Of a stretch of DNA of 64,000 bases, positions 24,301 through 38,001 are shown piece after piece. Positions within the stretch are counted from its first letter, which is position 1, and every line of letters starts with the position of its first letter. The position numbers and the translations under genes are program-made. The stretch comes from Phaeosaccion multiseriatum (taxonomy: Eukaryota > Protista > Ochrophyta, other classes), in contig OZ218959.1 of the NCBI GenBank assembly GCA_965112735.1, positions 1,364,001 to 1,428,000 on the forward strand. The letters are read 5' to 3'. The notes under the pieces were generated by a model. It was given only the letters and a program-made list of their open reading frames with translations. It did no database searches and had not been told where the DNA came from.

Positions 24301-27300
24301 CCTATACCCTGTACCCCATACTCTATGCCCTATACCTTTAACCATAAAACCTATACCCTATACAAACCTATACCCTATACCCTGTACCATATACCGTATA
24401 CCATATACCATATACCCTATACCCTTTACCCTTTCCCCCCCCATTAACCCTATACCCTATACCATATACCCTATACCATGTATCCTATACCATGTACAAC
24501 CCTATTCCCTATGCCTGACCTATACCCCATACTCTATACCCTACACCCTGTACCCTATGCCCACCCCAAGGCCCAGCGGTCTCAGTCTGTGGCAGCCTTT
24601 GTATCCGACATGCGCGGGGATAACGCCGCCAAGAAACACCTCGCATTGCTTGTGATAGGGGAGCTAGGCAGGCACTCAGACCTGTCCGGGGTTGGGGACC
24701 TTCAGACCATCATATTGGGCACCTTCGACAGCGACAGCGGTAAGCAGTTGGTGATACAGCGCCAACAGTTGGGCGATAGATGGCCTACACTCCCCACCCA
24801 CCTAAGCCCCCGGTCATTCACTCACTCACTCACCCACCCGCCCACGCACTCTTGTTCCATTCCATTTCCCATCCTATGATCGCAACAAACAAACATGACA
24901 AACAAAACCACACGCACACAAACACAACAAACACAACGCTCACAGGGGAGGAGATGAAGACGGCAGCAGCCTATGCCCTTGGCCACATGGCAGTCGGAAA
25001 CATGTCTCTACTCAGCCCTGTCATCCTCACCGCCCTGAGCGGTCCTCGGCACCAGTACCTCCTCCTCTCGGCCGTGAAGGAAGTCATTCAGTGCCACCAG
25101 GACCAAGCCGACGTGTTTGATCCATACATGGAGCAAGTGCTGCCCCACATCTTCCGCCACACGGAAGGGGCCGAGGAGGTGCGTGCGGGGTGAGCTGCGA
25201 GAGGAGGGAAAGCCGAGAGTCCAAGAGAAGGGAAGGAAGGAAGGAAGGAAGGAAGGAAGAAGGAAGGAGGAAGGGAGGGAGGGAGGGAGGGAAGTTGATG
25301 TCAGTGTGAAGTATACTGACCTTTAACAACCAACAACCCCCCCCTCCCTCTCCATGGTAGGTGTAAGACTGCATCTGTACCCCTCAACCCCTGCCTCCCT
25401 CCCTCTTCCTCACGTCCCCCTCCTACGCACACCCTCCCCCCCCTCCCACCACCCCGTACCTTTAACAACCAACAACCCCCCTCCCTCCCTCCCACACACG
25501 CCCTCAGGGTGTGCGCAACATGGTAGCCGAGTGCCTCGGTGTGCTCGTGACCATGCGCCCCGAGCGAATCATTCCCAAGCTGCTGAAGCTGGCGGAGGGG
25601 GAGAGCGAGGGCGGGCAGGAGAAGGGGCCCCTCACACGTTGGACAATCGCCACAGGTGGGTTGGGGGGTTACTGGTGGGGTGGTGTAGGTGGGTGGGTGG
25701 TTGGGTGGGTGGTTGGGTGGATGGGTGGGTGGTTGGTAGGTCTTTTGGGTGGTTGGGTGGTTGGTTGGTTGGTTGGTTGATTGGTTGTTTGGTTGGTGGT
25801 TTGGTTGGGTAGTTGGTTGGTTAGTTGGTTGGTTGGTTGGTTCGTTGGTTGTGGATTGGTTGGTTAGAGCTGGGTTTGTGGTTGTGGGTTGGTTGGTTGG
25901 AGCTGGGGTTGTGCGTATGTGTGTCGGTGTACATACATGTGGATGTGTGCGGACCGCCTGCTGCAGCAAAGTTTAATTTATGTTTTGAAACGCCTCCCCT
26001 CCCCTCCCCTCCCCTCCCCTCCCCTCCCCTCCCGTCGCCCCCCTCCAACAGCTCTCAAGTACACCATGACGGGTGCCGCTCCTTGCGACGCCCTCCAGCC
26101 CTACATGCCGTCCTTCCTCTCCATGCTCAAGGACTCCGATCTTGACGTTCGCAAGGCCGCCCTGCTCATGGTCAATGCCGCCATTCATTATCAGCCACAT
26201 CTATTGGCAGAGCTGCTGCAGGTGAAAGACGAGACGCAAGGGAATGGCACCGCCCTCCTCCCTCTTTCTCTCCCTGTCCCTCTCCTTCTCCCTCTCTTGC
26301 TCTGTTTCTCTTTCTCTCTTCTCCCTCACTTCTGTCACGATGTCACTCTCCCCTCTCTGCTCTCTCTCTCCCTCCTCTCTCTCTCGTGTGTAACTCCCAT
26401 TCCCCACCTCTCTCCCCTCTCCCCCTCCTTACGCACCCCTTGCTCCTCCCCTCCCCTCCTCTCCTCTCCTCCCCTCACCTCTGCAATATATATATATATA
26501 TAATATATATATTATATATATATACAGGACCTCATTGTGCCGGAGCTGTTCACCACCATCGAGCTCAAGCTGGAGAGGGTCGTCGACTTGGGACCTTTCA
26601 AGCACAAAGTAAGGGAGCAAGAGGCGTATGGTTATGTGCGTGTGTTTGGGGGGAGGTGTAGGTGTGTTTGGGAGGGGGCCGGGGATGTGGGGCAATGAAG
26701 TGACCACCCTTCTCCAACCTCGCCAATGTACTGCATTCAAACCCCCTCCCCTCTCCACATCTCCTCTCCCCTCTCATCCTCTCGTTCCATCTACCCTCTA
26801 CTCCCCTCCCCTCCCCCCCCTCAGGTTGATGACGGTGAGCCCCTCCGCAAGGCCGCTCTGGCGTGTGTGGACACCATCATCGACACATGTCCTCAGCGCC
26901 TCGACATGGGTGCGCTCTTACCCCACCTCGGCAGGGGCCTCGCTGACTCCAAGTCTGACGTGCAGATCATCTGCCATCAGATACTCTCCAAGGTAAGTCA
27001 TTATGAGGACGCCGCCGTGCATACGTCACTGGCTTCCACTCCACTGTACGTCATTCTTATTCTTATGCGTCACTCATTCGTCCCCGCGTCGTACGTCAAT
27101 GCTCATACGTCACGGTCATGCGTCACGAGTACGTTCGCCCAGCTCTTCCTTCCTTCCTTAGCCTTGCCTTGCCTTGTCTGCCTGTCTGCCTGCCTGCCAG
27201 CCAATCTTGCCTCAACCCCCCCCCCCTCCCCCTCCTCCTCCTCCTCCTCCTCCTCCTCCTCCTTCTCCTCCTTCTCATCCCTCCCCCTCACCTTCTCCCC

Positions 27301-27852
27301 GTCCTTCCCCTCCTCCCTCCCACCCCCCCCATCCACAACCCCACCATACCGTGACAGGTGTGCGACTACTCCCCTGGAGCCGTCCTTTCTCAACTCGACA
27401 TCCTGTTGGAGCCGCTCGACAAGACCATCAACAAACAGATAAAGGACACACAGGTTGGTACAAGCTTGCAGTTACAGGCAGTTACAGGTAGAGCGTACAG
27501 TTTCCAATGCTGAACCAACCACTCTCATGCTTTTTCTTGGGTTTTTTTGCCCTGATCACACAAGACCTGATCAATTTCCGACCCAATGCGCTGAGTAAAA
27601 TAACAACCATTAACGATCTTACGCCTCTTACGCCCTGTATGCTACCTCAAAAATATATGTCAATGATACCAACAGGTTGGCACGGAGGTGGAACGCGCCA
27701 ACGACTTGATCCGCTCTGCCCTGCGCTGCCTGGTGTCTGTGTCTCGCATCGATGACGTTGAGGCTCACCCTAACTTCGCCATGTCGATGGAGCGCATCAC
27801 GAGGAAGGACAAGCTCAAGAATATGCTCGCTGCCATTACGCAAGACGCCTGA
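15939..27852 (+). CDS. CAND1: Cullin-associated NEDD8-dissociated protein 1 (CAND1/TIP120), HEAT-repeat SCF exchange factor; 24 exons
   Basis: Starts [28 protein letters not shown]. Conserved CAND1 segments: [45 protein letters not shown]...[90 protein letters not shown]. Exons approx. 15939-16040, 16247-16460, 17102-17156, 17557-17724, 18000-18150, 18460-18609, 18791-18868, 19269-19424, 20001-20077, 20238-20341, 20577-20659, 21010-21094, 21394-21506, 21703-22196, 22604-22849, 23739-24112, 24571-24739, 24946-25178, 25508-25655, 26052-26221, 26528-26608, 26825-26992, 27358-27453, 27676-27852. Confidence 0.97.
19569..19822 (+). repeat. 38-bp intronic minisatellite, about 7 copies, each containing a copy of the upstream exon/donor junction
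   Basis: Unit GTCTCTCTGGCTGGAAGGTGTCTGTGTATGTGTCTTAT; the real junction at 19424 reads CTGGCTGGAAG/GTAG. Confidence 0.92.
22496..22591 (+). repeat. 19-bp tandem repeat x5 carrying TACTAAC (branch-point consensus)
   Basis: Unit CCATTGACGTACTAACCAC, ending about 12 nt before the acceptor at 22603. Confidence 0.93.
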
Positions 27853-29396
27853 TTGCTGCTAAGGCTAAGGCTAAGCTGACGTCCATCGGTCATATGCTTC
27901 CTGACGGACTGACTGAGTCATTGTTTAGGCCTGAGCTGATGAAGGAAGGCATGCGTGAGTGAGGCCGAAAGCTTGCTTTTGCTCGCAGCCATCACGATAA
28001 GATAGAGGCCTTGAGTGAGTCAGACTTGGGCCTGGGCTGACTGAGTCATTCATGCCTTACTGAGCTGGCGGAGTTGACTGTTGAGTTGATTGATTGATGA
28101 GGTAGGGAGGTAGGGAGGAAGGGGCGAAGGGAGGGAGGGAGTGGGGGAGATGGAGAGAGAAGTACGCAAGAGTTGGAAGGGGGAAGACGTGGAGAGAGCC
28201 AAGGCAATCAGCCCAAAGGGAGCGAGGCACAGAGTAGGACGGGAGGAGAGGGGAGGAGAGGGGAGCGGGACCGGCTCGGCTCGGCATGCGCCAAAAGGAA
28301 TGGCGTGTAACCGTTATGTCAACGAACGGCCCTTCGGTTCTTGACAAGAGGAGCCCTGAGGCCGCAGGAGGAGGAGGGGAAATTTGTTGACTTAAAGGAG
28401 TTCACCGAAGTGTTACGTATTAATGAGGAGGGTGTTGCGATGGAAAGTACGTTCATCTCATTATCACAGCAAATGGAAAGACCTTGATGATGTATTTGTT
28501 GGCAAATAATCGCAGCAATTGGGATTTAAGATTTAAAAATCGAAAGAGGGGGGGGTAATTCCTTCAGGCCGGATCTGTTCTCCCTCTCGTGCCCTCATTC
28601 TTGCGCCCTTCTGAATAGGGTCAAACATGTCTTTGTTACGAAGGAAGGAGTTCTTTCCCAAGGCAACGGGTGTGTGTGTGTGTGTGTGTGTGCGTGGGGT
28701 GGTGGAGGAAGTGCTCACTGACTTACTGTCGCTGGCTCTGGGAGGTGAGAGAGGGAAGGCAGCGGCATGGCAGCGGCGAAGGATCGGTTAAGGAGCGATG
28801 GAGCAGAGCGGCAGAAGGCAAGGAGTGTGTGGGAATGGGTGTGTGTGTGTGTGTGTGTGTAGAGTGGCGAGCGAATGATACCCTACCTCTATGCAGACCC
28901 ACTCAAACCAACCAATCCATCAAAATCCTCTCTCTTTCCCATTATTATTACAATACCAGTATACAGACAAAAATGAGAGAGTACATGAGCGTATCCGGTC
29001 TCTCTCTCACACACACACACACCCTTTCTCTCTATTCTCGCTCTCCCCCTTCTCTCTCGCTCCCTCCCTCGCCTGCCTTGTCAGCCTCACTTGCCATCAC
29101 CCCTCTACCGCTGTTGAGGTTGCAGGCCGGCCGGCTGGCTGCCGACTGCCTATTCTTCGTGTGGGGTGGGTGCGTGCCAAGCAAGCCTCGGGAAGGGAGG
29201 GACAGGGAAAGCAACTTGGGAGGAGGCGGAGGAGGAGGAGGAGGAGGAGGGGCGAAGGGAACTTGAACCTCATCCACCAAGGAGTAAGTGTGTTCTCATT
29301 CCACCCCCCCTACATCCTCTTCTTACGCTTTTGTTCCTGCCCCTCCCTTCTCCTCGAGTGAGTCCTCTTGAACCCCCTCATCGCCCCCTCCTAACC

Positions 29397-31866
29397 CTAA
29401 GAGGAAGACGAAGGTGAAGACGGAGACGAAGAAGACGACATGGAGGTCATAGACGTCGACGTCGAAGAAGCAGCAGCAGCAGCAGCACCAGCACCAGCAG
29501 CAGCACCAGCGCCAGTTGGTGATACACCAGTTGGTGATACAGCAGCAGCAGCAGGAGGAGGAGGAGGAGGGCTGCCACTGAGTTGCCTGGCCACCAAGGA
29601 AGCATACTCCCCGCCTCTCTCCAGCAGCTCCTCATGCCTGCCCTGTTCCACTGCCATCCCGTCCCTCACCACCACAATGAGATCGGCCCCCTTGACAGTG
29701 GACAGGCGGTGTGCGATGACCAAGACCGTCATGTCTTTCTGGGCAATCATGCGGTCAATCGCCCCTTGCACGGCTTTGGGGTGATTGGGGGTGACGGTTT
29801 GAGTTGGGGCGTTGCGTGATGTTTGTTGTTGTTGTTGGTGGTGGTGGTGGTGGAAAGACAGGCAGGCAAACAGGCAAGCAGGCAAGCAGGCAAGCAGGCA
29901 AGCAGACAGGCAGGCAGGTAGGTAGGCAAGAGGCAAAGACGCAGGGGGGCGGAGGGAGGGGGGTGGGGCGTGAGGAGGTAGGAGCACCAGCAGTTGGTGA
30001 TACAGGCGGACACAGGTCTCCACAGGGCCAGACAGAGCGTTGTTGTTGCTCAAGGCTCTCGAGCACACCACCAACCACAGCGCCACAGCAGCACGAGGGC
30101 TCTTCACTACGCAACAATAGCAACAGCGACACTATCGGACGCTGTCCTGGCCTGCTTCGCTCCCTCTCTCTCCACCTCTCGCTCCCTCCACCCCTCTCTC
30201 CCCTCTTTCCCCTCCCTCCCTCTCTGACCTGCTTCGCTCTCTGAGTCCAGCGCAGAGGTTGCCTCATCGAGCATCAGGACCTTCGGATGCCGTACGAGGG
30301 CCCTCGCGATCTGTGTCACACACACGGATACACACACACAAACACACACGGACACACACACACACGCACGCACGCAGCAAAAGCAAAGCCAGCGTTAGAC
30401 AGGGTGACGGCACATCAAGAACACATCAAGAACACATCAAGAACACATCAAGAATAAGAAGAGAAGAGGGGATTGCGGGGCAGCGAAGCACATCAATTCA
30501 TCGCATTCGCAGGGAAAGGGCATATGGGGGGCGAGGCTTGAGCTATGCCCACCTAACCCAACTACTACTACCTACCCACCTAACCACAACTACTACTACC
30601 TACCCACCTAACCCCAACTACTACTACCTACCCACCTAACCCCAACTACTACTACCTACCCACCTAACCCCAACTACTACTACCTACCCACCTAACCCCA
30701 ACTACTACTACCTACCCACCTAACCACAACTACTACTACCTACCCACCTAACCCCAACTACTACTACCTACCCACCTAACCCCAACTACTACTACCTACC
30801 CACCTAACCCCAACTACTACTACCTACCCACCTAACCCCAACTACTACTACCTACCCACCTAACCCCAACTACTACTACCTACCCACCTAACCCCAACTA
30901 CTACTACCTACCCACCTAACCCCAACTACTACTACCTACCCACCAACCCACCCACCGACCCATCCATCCATTCACCCATCCTCCCTCCCTCCCTCCCTCC
31001 CTCCCTCCCTCCCTCCCTCCCTCCACCCCATCCACTAACCGCAATGCGCTGCTTCTGACCGCCGCTCATCTGCACTCCTCGCTCCCCCACCTCCGTGTCG
31101 TACCCCTCGGGGAGACCGCTGTAGAGAGGGACGGAGGGCATTGGGGGGGGGGGGGGAGGGGGAGATGGAGGAGGGAGGGAGGGAGGGAGGGAGGGGAGGG
31201 GAGGGAGGGATGGATGGGAGGGAGGGATGGAGGAAGGGAGGGAGGGATGGATGGGAGGGAGGGATGGATGGGAGGGATGGATGGGAGGGAGGGACGGAGG
31301 GAGCGTGGGAGGGAAGGAGGGATGGAGGGATGGGAGGGAGGGAAGGAGGGATGGAGGGATGGGAGGGAGGGATGGATGGAGCGAGTGAGAGCCGTGAGGC
31401 GTGATAAGATAGAGAGACAGAGGCAGAGACGGCGCCTTCCTTTCCCACGCCCTCACACACACACACACACGCCCTCCCACAAACCACCCACCCATCCATC
31501 CGTTGACTCACTACCTACCTGATGAAGTGGTGTGCGTTGGCGAGCCTGGCTGCCGACTCAATGTCCTCCATGCTCGGCTCCTGTTCAGTTTCAGTTGGAG
31601 TCCGAGTTGTGAGTTCTAAGCATGCGGTATGGATGTCCACACTCCGACATCCAATACAAACTCTCAGAGCATGAAGGACACGCACAAAGAAACATACACA
31701 CACTCACACACATACACGCACACACATACACACATGCGCACACACACACACACACACACATGCACACACACATGCACACACGCGTACACACACACGCACA
31801 CACGCACACATACACGCACACACACACACGCACACGCACACGCACACACGCACGCGCGCGCACTCA

Positions 31867-31910
<44 letters not shown>

Positions 31911-34451
31911 TACACACATACACACACACGCACACACACCTGCTCCCCCCCCTCCAGGCCGTAAACGATGTTCTGCCGGATGGTGCGAGCGAAGAGCACT
32001 GGCTCCTGCCCCACGATGGACACCATACGATGGAAGGACTCGTGCTCGTACTCGTGCACCGGAAGCCCGTCCAGCATCACCTGTTTGTTGACATAGGTAA
32101 AACGGGGTGGGAGTGGTGGGAGTCAGGGTGTGGGTGTGGGGCGCGCACACATGTACACACACACACGCACGCACGCACGCCCGCACGCCCACCCCCACAT
32201 ACACGGCTCTCACACCCTTCACACGATCTTACTCACCTCTCCCGACTCCGGCGAGTAGAATCTTTCGAGCAGGGACACACAACTGCTCTTGCCGCCCCCC
32301 GAGGGCCCCACCAGAGCAAGTACCTTCCCCCGCGGAATGTTGAAGCTCATTCCCTGCAGAACCGTCTTTTCGGGCCGGCCGGGGTATCGGAATCGGACAT
32401 TGTGGAGGGACACCTCCCCTCTGGGGGTTGCAGGCAGACAGAAAGGGAGGGGAGAGAGGGGGACGGGGGCTGTGTTTCAGGACAGCTTCCCGATTACGAA
32501 TACACACCCACACACACCCACACGCACACACGCACACACACGTACACGCATACGCAATGCTACCTGCAGTGGCTGGGTTCGCAGTGGACGCTCTTCCCCT
32601 CGCTGGCCACTCCAAGCTCCTTCCTTTGGGGCTCTCTCGCAATGAGCTCGAACACCTTGTCCGCAGCCCCCACCGCCTAAGAGGAAGGAAAGAAGGAAGG
32701 AAGGAAGGAAGGAAGAAAGGAAGGAAGGAGGGAAGCAAGGAAGGAAGGAAGGAAGGAAGGAAGGAAGGAAGGAACGAACGTAGAAAGGAAGAAAGGAAGG
32801 AAGGAAGGAAGGAAGGAAGGAAGGAAGGAAGGAAGGAAGGAAGGAACGAACGTAGAAAGGAAGAAAGGAAGAAAGGAAGGAAGGAAGGAAGGAAGGAAGG
32901 AAGGAAGGAAGGAAGGAAGGAAGGACCACACCGTAAGTGGACATGAGAGTGAGTTCAGTTTGGAGTAGAGTACAGTACACCCCTCATCTACGCCATGCCT
33001 TTCAGCCAACTAAGTACACTTCCTCCAAATACGAGTGTCAATCCAGTCAGACCCCTCATACGAGATGCGTTACAGTTACAGGTACATGATAGACCCCCCC
33101 CCTCCCCAGTACGAGTTTCGGTTGACTAGAGCGAGCCTACCCGTATACCCCCACCTGTGACATACTGCCGAAGATGCTTCCCATGCTGTCGAAGGCCGCG
33201 CTCAGGCTGCTCAGGTACAGCAGAAAGGTCACCACCTGAGTAGTAAATCAATGAGTAGTTACGTCAGTGGGTGAGTAGTAAGTCAAAGACGTCTGTGAGT
33301 GCGTAGTATGTCAGTGAGAGAGAGAGAGAAGGGACGGGACGGGAAGGGCACGAGTCACCTTGATTGAGTGGCAAAACAAAAATGGAACAACAGGACACAG
33401 AAATACGAACAGTGGAACAACAGTGGACCAACAGTGGAACAACAAAATACCCCCCCTACCTTGCCGCCGGAGAGTTGTCCCTCCATGACGAGCTTGCCTC
33501 CGTAGAATAGCACCAGAGCCGTGGTGAGCTGCGGGAGAAGGGTGGTGGTCGAGGCATAGGCCGCGTAGGCGAGGGCTTGTTTGCGGTTCAGCTGAGGATT
33601 GGGGGGGGGGGGGAGGTGGTGGTGGGTTGAAAGGGGTGGGGGGGCGGGAGGGAGGGAGAGAGGGAGGGAGAGAGGGAGGGACGGAAGGTGGGAGAGGGAC
33701 GTACGTGACCAAAAAACGGTGCAATGTTGGGGGGCGGGGCAAAAGCCTGCCTGCCTGCGCCCATATGCCTGCCTCCCCATGCCCTGCCCGTATGCCCACG
33801 CCCATATGCCCACATGCCCATATGCCCACATGCCCATATGCCCACATGCCCATATGCCCACATGCCCACATGCCCACATGCCCATATGCCCACATGCCCA
33901 TATGCCCACATGCCCACATGCCCACATGCCCATATGCCCACATGCCCACATGCCCACATGCCCATATGCCCACATGCCCCCATGCCCACATGCCCACATG
34001 CCCACATGCCCACATGCCCACATGCCCATATGCCCATATGCTCACATGCCCACATGCCCATATGCCCATATGCCCACACACATGCATGCCCACATGCCCA
34101 TATGCTCACATGCCCATATGCCCATATGCCCACATGCCCATATGCCCGTAGCGGCGCTTCCCTCTCCTCTCTCCCTCCCTCCCTCCGACTCACCGTGTAG
34201 TAGTGCTTGAGCTGGTCTTTGAACCTGTCCATCTCCTTCTCCTCCGCAGCGAAGGACCGCACCGTTGACATGTTGGCGAGTGTTTCCTCGGCCACCTGTG
34301 TTGGTGATGCGGCAGTTGGTGACACACCGCAGTTGGCGATACAACAGTTAGTGATTGAAGGAACACAGAAAACATCTCCCTTAGAGCAAGGCCAGGCAAG
34401 ACAGGCAGGACAAAACAGGGAGTTCCCTCTCCCTCCCTCCCTCCCTCTCTC

Positions 34452-34496
<45 letters not shown>

Positions 34497-36793
34497 ATCT
34501 CTCTCTCTCTATCTATCTCTCAGTCCCTCTTCCTCTCTCTTCTCCCCTCCCATCTCGTACCGTATTGCTCTCCGCGAGTGTGTCCTGCGTTTGCTTGGAA
34601 AGCTTCCTGATGATGATGATGGCCATCGTCATGATATGTGGTGGGACAGATTGGACAGCAGCACGATGGAGGGAAGGTGAGAATGAGGAGGGAGGGAGGG
34701 AGGGAGGGAGGAAGAGGGAGAGGAAGACATACACCACCAACGCAGACGCACGCACCCACGCACGCACCCACACGCACCTGATGTACGTGCCGTAGTAGTT
34801 GGACAGGAGCACGATCGAAGGGACGCTCACAAAGGCCACGAGAGAGAGGCGCCACGAGACAGTGAACATAAAGAGGAGCGTGCCCACGGCAAGCACGAAG
34901 TTGCGGAGGAAGAAGTTGACGTTCAGCGAGATCTGTGAGTGGTCAGTAGAGTTGCAGTTGAAGTTGGAGTTTCAGTTTCCAGTTGGAGTTTTCAGTATAC
35001 ACACAACCCGATGAAGGCCTTTCACACACACACACACACGCACGCACATACACACACACACCCATGTTGGTGATACACACCTGATCGGCCACCTTGGCTG
35101 CGTCGGCGGAGAGGCGGGACGTGAGGTCGCCCACCTAGGGACAGTTTCAGTTCCAGTTTGGCAGGACAGTGAGACAAGTGGCCAGTGTTCAGTTTCAGCA
35201 GAAAAAAGAGCACTCGATGGATGGATAGGTTGGTGTCAGCCCCTATCCGCCTGAATTCTTCATGCCTCCGAATGTACATGCTTACACTCACGCTGTATGC
35301 CCATACGCTTGTACACGTTTCGCTCCACTTACCTTGGACACGTCGAAGAATCCAATTTCTTGCCGCACCAGGGCGTTGAAGAGGCGCTGCCTCAGCCGCA
35401 CATTCACTTTGCCCCCCACCACTGTAAAGATGCCGCCTCGGAGTCCCGTAAAGACGGCGCACACCAAGGCCCCACACACCAGGTAGAGGGTGTTGGTTCT
35501 GAACTCGTCCTGCTGACCACCAGTGACTACGTTGTCGATCATGAGGCCTGTAAAGTGCGGCAGAGCCACGTTGGCGACGGCCGCAACGACCAAACACACA
35601 AAGGCCAGGGCCATGAGTAAGTAGTCCTCACGCACGAGATCGACAAGGTCCCAGAGAGAGGCCTTGAACTGCACCGGCTTGTCACCACCACCCTCCTCGT
35701 CGTCAGCCTCCTCGTTTTCGCCTTGTCTTCTTGCTGCTCTTGCTCTTGCTGCACTTGCCGAGGCTGCCGCAGTTCGATGATAATGATGCGCCCTGCCTGC
35801 CTTTTCCATCCCCATGTCCTCTCCTTCCTCTCTCCTCGCTCTCGCTCTCTCCCCTGCGGCGACTTTGCAGCCGGTGGCGTCGCAGTAAGCCTCGTCCTCC
35901 TCGTCCTCGTCCTCCTCCTCCTCGTCCAGGTACCAAAGACCGCCGTCGTCGAGCACAGCAGTCGCCAGCACACCGCTCCCACTCCTACGGTCACTGCTGC
36001 TACTACTACTGCTACTACTGCTACTGCTGCTGCTGCTGGTGGTGGTGGTACACAGGCACCGGGTGGCCAGTCTGCCCAATCGGGCCCAGAGGATCTGCTC
36101 TGTGGCGGAGATGCACGCCGTCCATGTCACCAAGAGCCAGAAGTCCCACATCGTCAGGCCCGCTCCCTGGCGGCCCGTGCCATCGATGAGGCGACCCAGG
36201 CACTTGGCCGTGAGGAAGAGGAGCGACAGGGGACACGTCAGTCCGCTCGTGTTCACCGCAAAGGACAGACACCTTCTTATCCAGAGCCCACCGCTGCTGC
36301 CGTTACTGTTGTTGTTGCAGCGGCTGCGGCGGCGGCTGCCTCGCCCGCCACTTTCTCGAAGGTCGAGGCAGTCCTCACTGTTGCTGCTCTCTTCAGTATG
36401 CCAACTACCACGAGACACAAACTCCCTCTTCCCTGACCACCGCAGGCCCAGCCAACCGAAGAACAACACCGAGACTCGGAGCCCGCACAGCAGGACGAGG
36501 TCGAGTGAGGAGGAGCCAAAAGGGTATGACGTGCCCTTCTTCAGCCCCATGCACTCTCTCCACTGCCTCCCGCAGCTGGTCACTCCCAGGGCGAGCGTGA
36601 CGCTCAGGTCCAGGACGAGGAGCGAAAGACAAGCCGCTCGGAAGTAGCTCAGTCTCCTCAGCGACCTCGCAGCGTCCCGCTTGATGGCCGCTCGACGGCT
36701 GCGCCTGCTGCTGATCCTACCACTGCCACCACGTCTACCCAGCAGGGGCTGATACCCGGTATCGCCATCTCCATTCGCCAATCCCTGCTCCAT
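29397..36793 (-). CDS. ABC transporter family B half-transporter, TAP/ABCB9-like, with N-terminal extra membrane domain; 14 exons
   Basis: Transmembrane-domain motifs [43 protein letters not shown]. Walker [11 protein letters not shown]-loop VGQEPVLF, signature [10 protein letters not shown], Walker [17 protein letters not shown]-loop IAHRLSTV. Exons (minus strand) approx. 36793-35333, 35134-35081, 34932-34778, 34606-34561, 34295-34194, 33591-33460, 33235-33155, 32677-32564, ~32420-32238, ~32080-31940, ~31580-31519, ~31119-31040, ~30311-30229, 29773-29397 (TAG). Confidence 0.95.
30548..30945. repeat. 28-bp intronic minisatellite, about 14 copies
   Basis: Unit CCTACCCACCTAACCCCAACTACTACTA. 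Confidence 0.93.
33760..34147. repeat. (CCCAYATG)n 8-bp tandem repeat, intronic
   Basis: Alternating CCCATATG/CCCACATG units; related arrays at 1995-2370, 5407-5477 and 59361-59525. Confidence 0.93.
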
Positions 36794-37165
36794 GTCTCTC
36801 TCTCTCCGCTCAAGGCAACGTACTCACGCTTGTGCGTTTTCCGCGACTATGGAACATTCCCCTCCGCCTCGTCTCCTCGCTTGGGACCAGAAGCAGCACC
36901 AGCAGGAGTAGCAGTTCAGCAAGGAGTTAATTGACGAGACAAAGCGATGCTTCAAAAGAGAGAATAGAGAGAGAGAGGAGGAGAGAAGAAAAAATGGATG
37001 AAATTCAAACTTTTTTTTCCCCTCCTCCTGCTCCCTCCCCCACCTCTCGGATGAAGGACCAGCAAATTGGAAGCAAAGAGAAGAAGAAGGATCGATAAGT
37101 CAACCATCTCGTGAATCTCCAATAAGAGGACCGGTGGAGCACTCGCGGTCTTGGAGGGAAGGGAA
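36794..37165. promoter_or_regulatory. Probable bidirectional promoter region (372 bp) between the ABCB gene and the oxidase-methyltransferase gene
   Basis: Divergent ATGs at 36793 (-) and 37166 (+). No specific promoter element identified. Confidence 0.55.
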
Positions 37166-37970
37166 ATGGGCTCCAGAGGAAGCACTGCTCGATTGGACTC
37201 CTCCTCGGTGCTGAGTCACACAGCCCCGTTTGGCCTGGGCAGCACCTCGGAGGACGACTGGGAGATGGAGGTGGACGACGACCACCACCAGGAGGAGGAG
37301 CAGCTGCAGATGAGCATGAGCCGTGCCGACGAGAGCGACCGGCCGCTCCGAGTGGCCGTGGTGGGTGCAGGGGTGGCAGGGCTAGGTGAGTGAGGTATGA
37401 GCCTTCTTCGCATGTGTGGCTGCTATGTCTTTGTCTTCCCTGTGTCCTGATGTGTACTACAGGCATACTCCTCCGCTTTCTCTGTCGTCTTCCTTCGGAC
37501 TTACGGGACAGTATTGGGTCCGCGAAAGATACGAGCACGTCGTCAAGGGGGTAGGGCAGCTCTCGTCGTTCGCGCTTGGACTCCAGTCTGAGCTCCTCTT
37601 TCTCACGCCCTTCCGTCTAATCTCTCTGCGAGAGGGAGTCGTAGTCGGGTGTGGAGTGCTGCTGCTACTGCTGCCCTGGCACGACAGTGGGCTTCCACAC
37701 TACGCCGCGACGAACGTGCTCCCTTAACTCTTCCTTCCTTCCCTCATGATCCTCTTTGTACCCCCCCCCCATCGATCTTGAAATGATTATGAATGAACGA
37801 CTGAATGGATGGGACCCCTTTTCCTCTATCGAGCAGGAGCGGCGTGGCACCTCAGCCACTGCCCCAACGTCGAGGTTGTCCTCCTGGAGGCAGGCGACAA
37901 GGCCGGAGGACACGCCAACACCATTAAAGTACAGCCGGTACGTGCAGGACTCCTATTATTCGGTACTACG

Positions 37971-38001
<31 letters not shown>

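Noticed and set aside
27910-28050. Two TGAGTCA (AP-1-like) sites downstream of CAND1
   Set aside because: Short words in a GACT/GAGT-rich 3' region; no support for function.
30548-30945. Telomere-like CCTAACCCC core
   Set aside because: Embedded in a 28-bp unit rather than forming tandem TTAGGG/TTTAGGG repeats.
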